Positions 62,770 through 64,000 of a DNA stretch of 64,000 bases are shown in pieces; the stretch's first letter is position 1; each line of letters begins with the position of its first letter. The translations under genes were made by a program, and so were the position numbers. The notes beneath the pieces are model-generated. The model worked only from the letters and a program-made list of their open reading frames with translations, was not told the origin of the DNA and made no database searches. Origin of the DNA: an uncultured Methanomassiliicoccales archaeon (GTDB lineage Archaea; Thermoplasmatota; Thermoplasmata; Methanomassiliicoccales; UBA472). The stretch lies in the NCBI GenBank assembly GCA_963695345.1, contig OY968769.1, positions 2,497,993 through 2,561,992 on the forward strand, written 5' to 3'.

Positions 62770-64000
62770 ATGAAGAACAAGGTCAGGATTCATCGAATGG
62801 TCGCCCTCGCGCTTGCCGTTCTGCTCGTTCTGGTCTGCTTCAGCGTCGCCATCGGGCAAAGGGGAAATAAGACCGCAACCGTCTATACGACCCTTGACCG
62901 GATGATTCTTCCATCCACTCCGATCTCATCGACGATCCATCCTTATGATGTCTCAAAATTTTCAGAATATGGCTATGGCCTGTACCAATATGGGGCAGGG
63001 CTGGGGTATGATGAACGATTGGACCTTATGTCCGCCGACTATTCAAACGCAAACGTCACTAAGGTTTCCAGCTTGCTGAGATTCTTCGCCATGACCGACG
63101 TCCACCTCACGGATGAGGAGTCACCTGCGCAAGGAGTCTATTTCGGCATCAGGGAAAATGGAATTATTTCGGGATATTCTCCGGCGATGTCCTATTCAAC
63201 GCAAATGCTGAATGCAGCCGTGCAGACCGTGAATGAGCTCAACAAGAAAGACAGCCTCGATTTCGGCATCTTCCTGGGAGATCTCGCGAACAGCGGGCAG
63301 TACGACGAGCTCCGATGGTTCATCGACACCCTTGATGGCAAGACAATAAACCCAGATTCAGGCATCAAGGACGATCCCGTCCCGGGGCCGAACAACGACT
63401 ATCAGGATGAATTCGAGGCAGCAGGGCTTGACGGGTCCATTCCCTGGTACACCGCCATCGGCAACCACGATCATTTCTGGATGGGAACGAACCCTCCGAC
63501 AGATTACATAAGGAGTTCATACACCGGCTCTGATATCCTCAAGGTCGGGGACATCTTCACGCCGGGTGGCCTGTACCGCTCCGATTTCTATACGGGAACG
63601 ATCGACGGCTCCACGCCCGATGGCACCCCGATAGGCGCTGGGCCGGTCAATGCCACGGCTCCGATCACGGTATCCTCGGATCCGAACAGGCGTTTGATCA
63701 GCGTAGAGGAATGGATGAACGAGTTCTCTAACACCACTTCGTCGCCCTCCGGGCATGGATTCAGCGGGGCTGAACCGGGATTTGCCTGCTATACCTTCGA
63801 GCCGGACCCGAACATACCCATACGGATCATCGTCCTTGATGACACACAATCAGCGGATGACCTGGATATTCATGGTTACGGGCATGGCACCCTGGATCAG
63901 AAACGCTATGACTGGCTCGTCAGCGAGCTCGACAAAGGCCAGGCAGAGGACATGCTGATGATCGTGGCAGCGCACATACCCATCGGTGTCGAGATGAATG
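62770..64000 (+). CDS. Exported metallophosphoesterase (TIGR03768-like), runs off the window end
   Basis: Own translation: signal peptide, MTDVHLTDEESPAQ, FLGDLANSGQYDEL, IGNHDH, VLDDT, AAHIP. Absent from the ORF track because there is no stop codon in the window. Confidence 0.88.
   Translation, partial: MKNKVRIHRMVALALAVLLVLVCFSVAIGQRGNKTATVYTTLDRMILPSTPISSTIHPYDVSKFSEYGYGLYQYGAGLGYDERLDLMSADYSNANVTKVSSLLRFFAMTDVHLTDEESPAQGVYFGIRENGIISGYSPAMSYSTQMLNAAVQTVNELNKKDSLDFGIFLGDLANSGQYDELRWFIDTLDGKTINPDSGIKDDPVPGPNNDYQDEFEAAGLDGSIPWYTAIGNHDHFWMGTNPPTDYIRSSYTGSDILKVGDIFTPGGLYRSDFYTGTIDGSTPDGTPIGAGPVNATAPITVSSDPNRRLISVEEWMNEFSNTTSSPSGHGFSGAEPGFACYTFEPDPNIPIRIIVLDDTQSADDLDIHGYGHGTLDQKRYDWLVSELDKGQAEDMLMIVAAHIPIGVEMN

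Overview
A ~64 kb archaeal accessory region. The gene families suggest a Methanomassiliicoccales/Thermoplasmatota methanogen, but that is inference. There is no rRNA, tRNA, CRISPR array or intact transposase. The first 42 kb is dominated by signal transduction: seven PAS/GAF/7TM histidine kinases, stand-alone receivers, CheC, a HAMP-only sensor and an ErcA-ErcS-like pair. Other genes include ftsZ, hycI, a TrxR-type FNR, ferritin-like, fasciclin, VIT-vWA, an Ig-repeat surface protein, UvrD, an AlbA_2-HATPase-HTH gene, ABC and MFS transporters, SOUL, SDR, PanE, a PD-(D/E)xK nuclease and a metallophosphoesterase that runs off the end. The best candidate for a new system is a two-gene RiPP-like locus (18038-19799): a 102-aa peptide with five C-x-x-[D/E] motifs, followed by an RRE-like/radical SAM/SPASM enzyme whose RBS lies in a hairpin. 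Also notable are a heliorhodopsin remnant lacking the retinal Lys, an mvhA fossil beside hycI, and inverted repeats bracketing the AlbA_2 gene. Many single-base frameshifts could be sequencing errors. Family calls come from motif recognition by eye, not from database searches.
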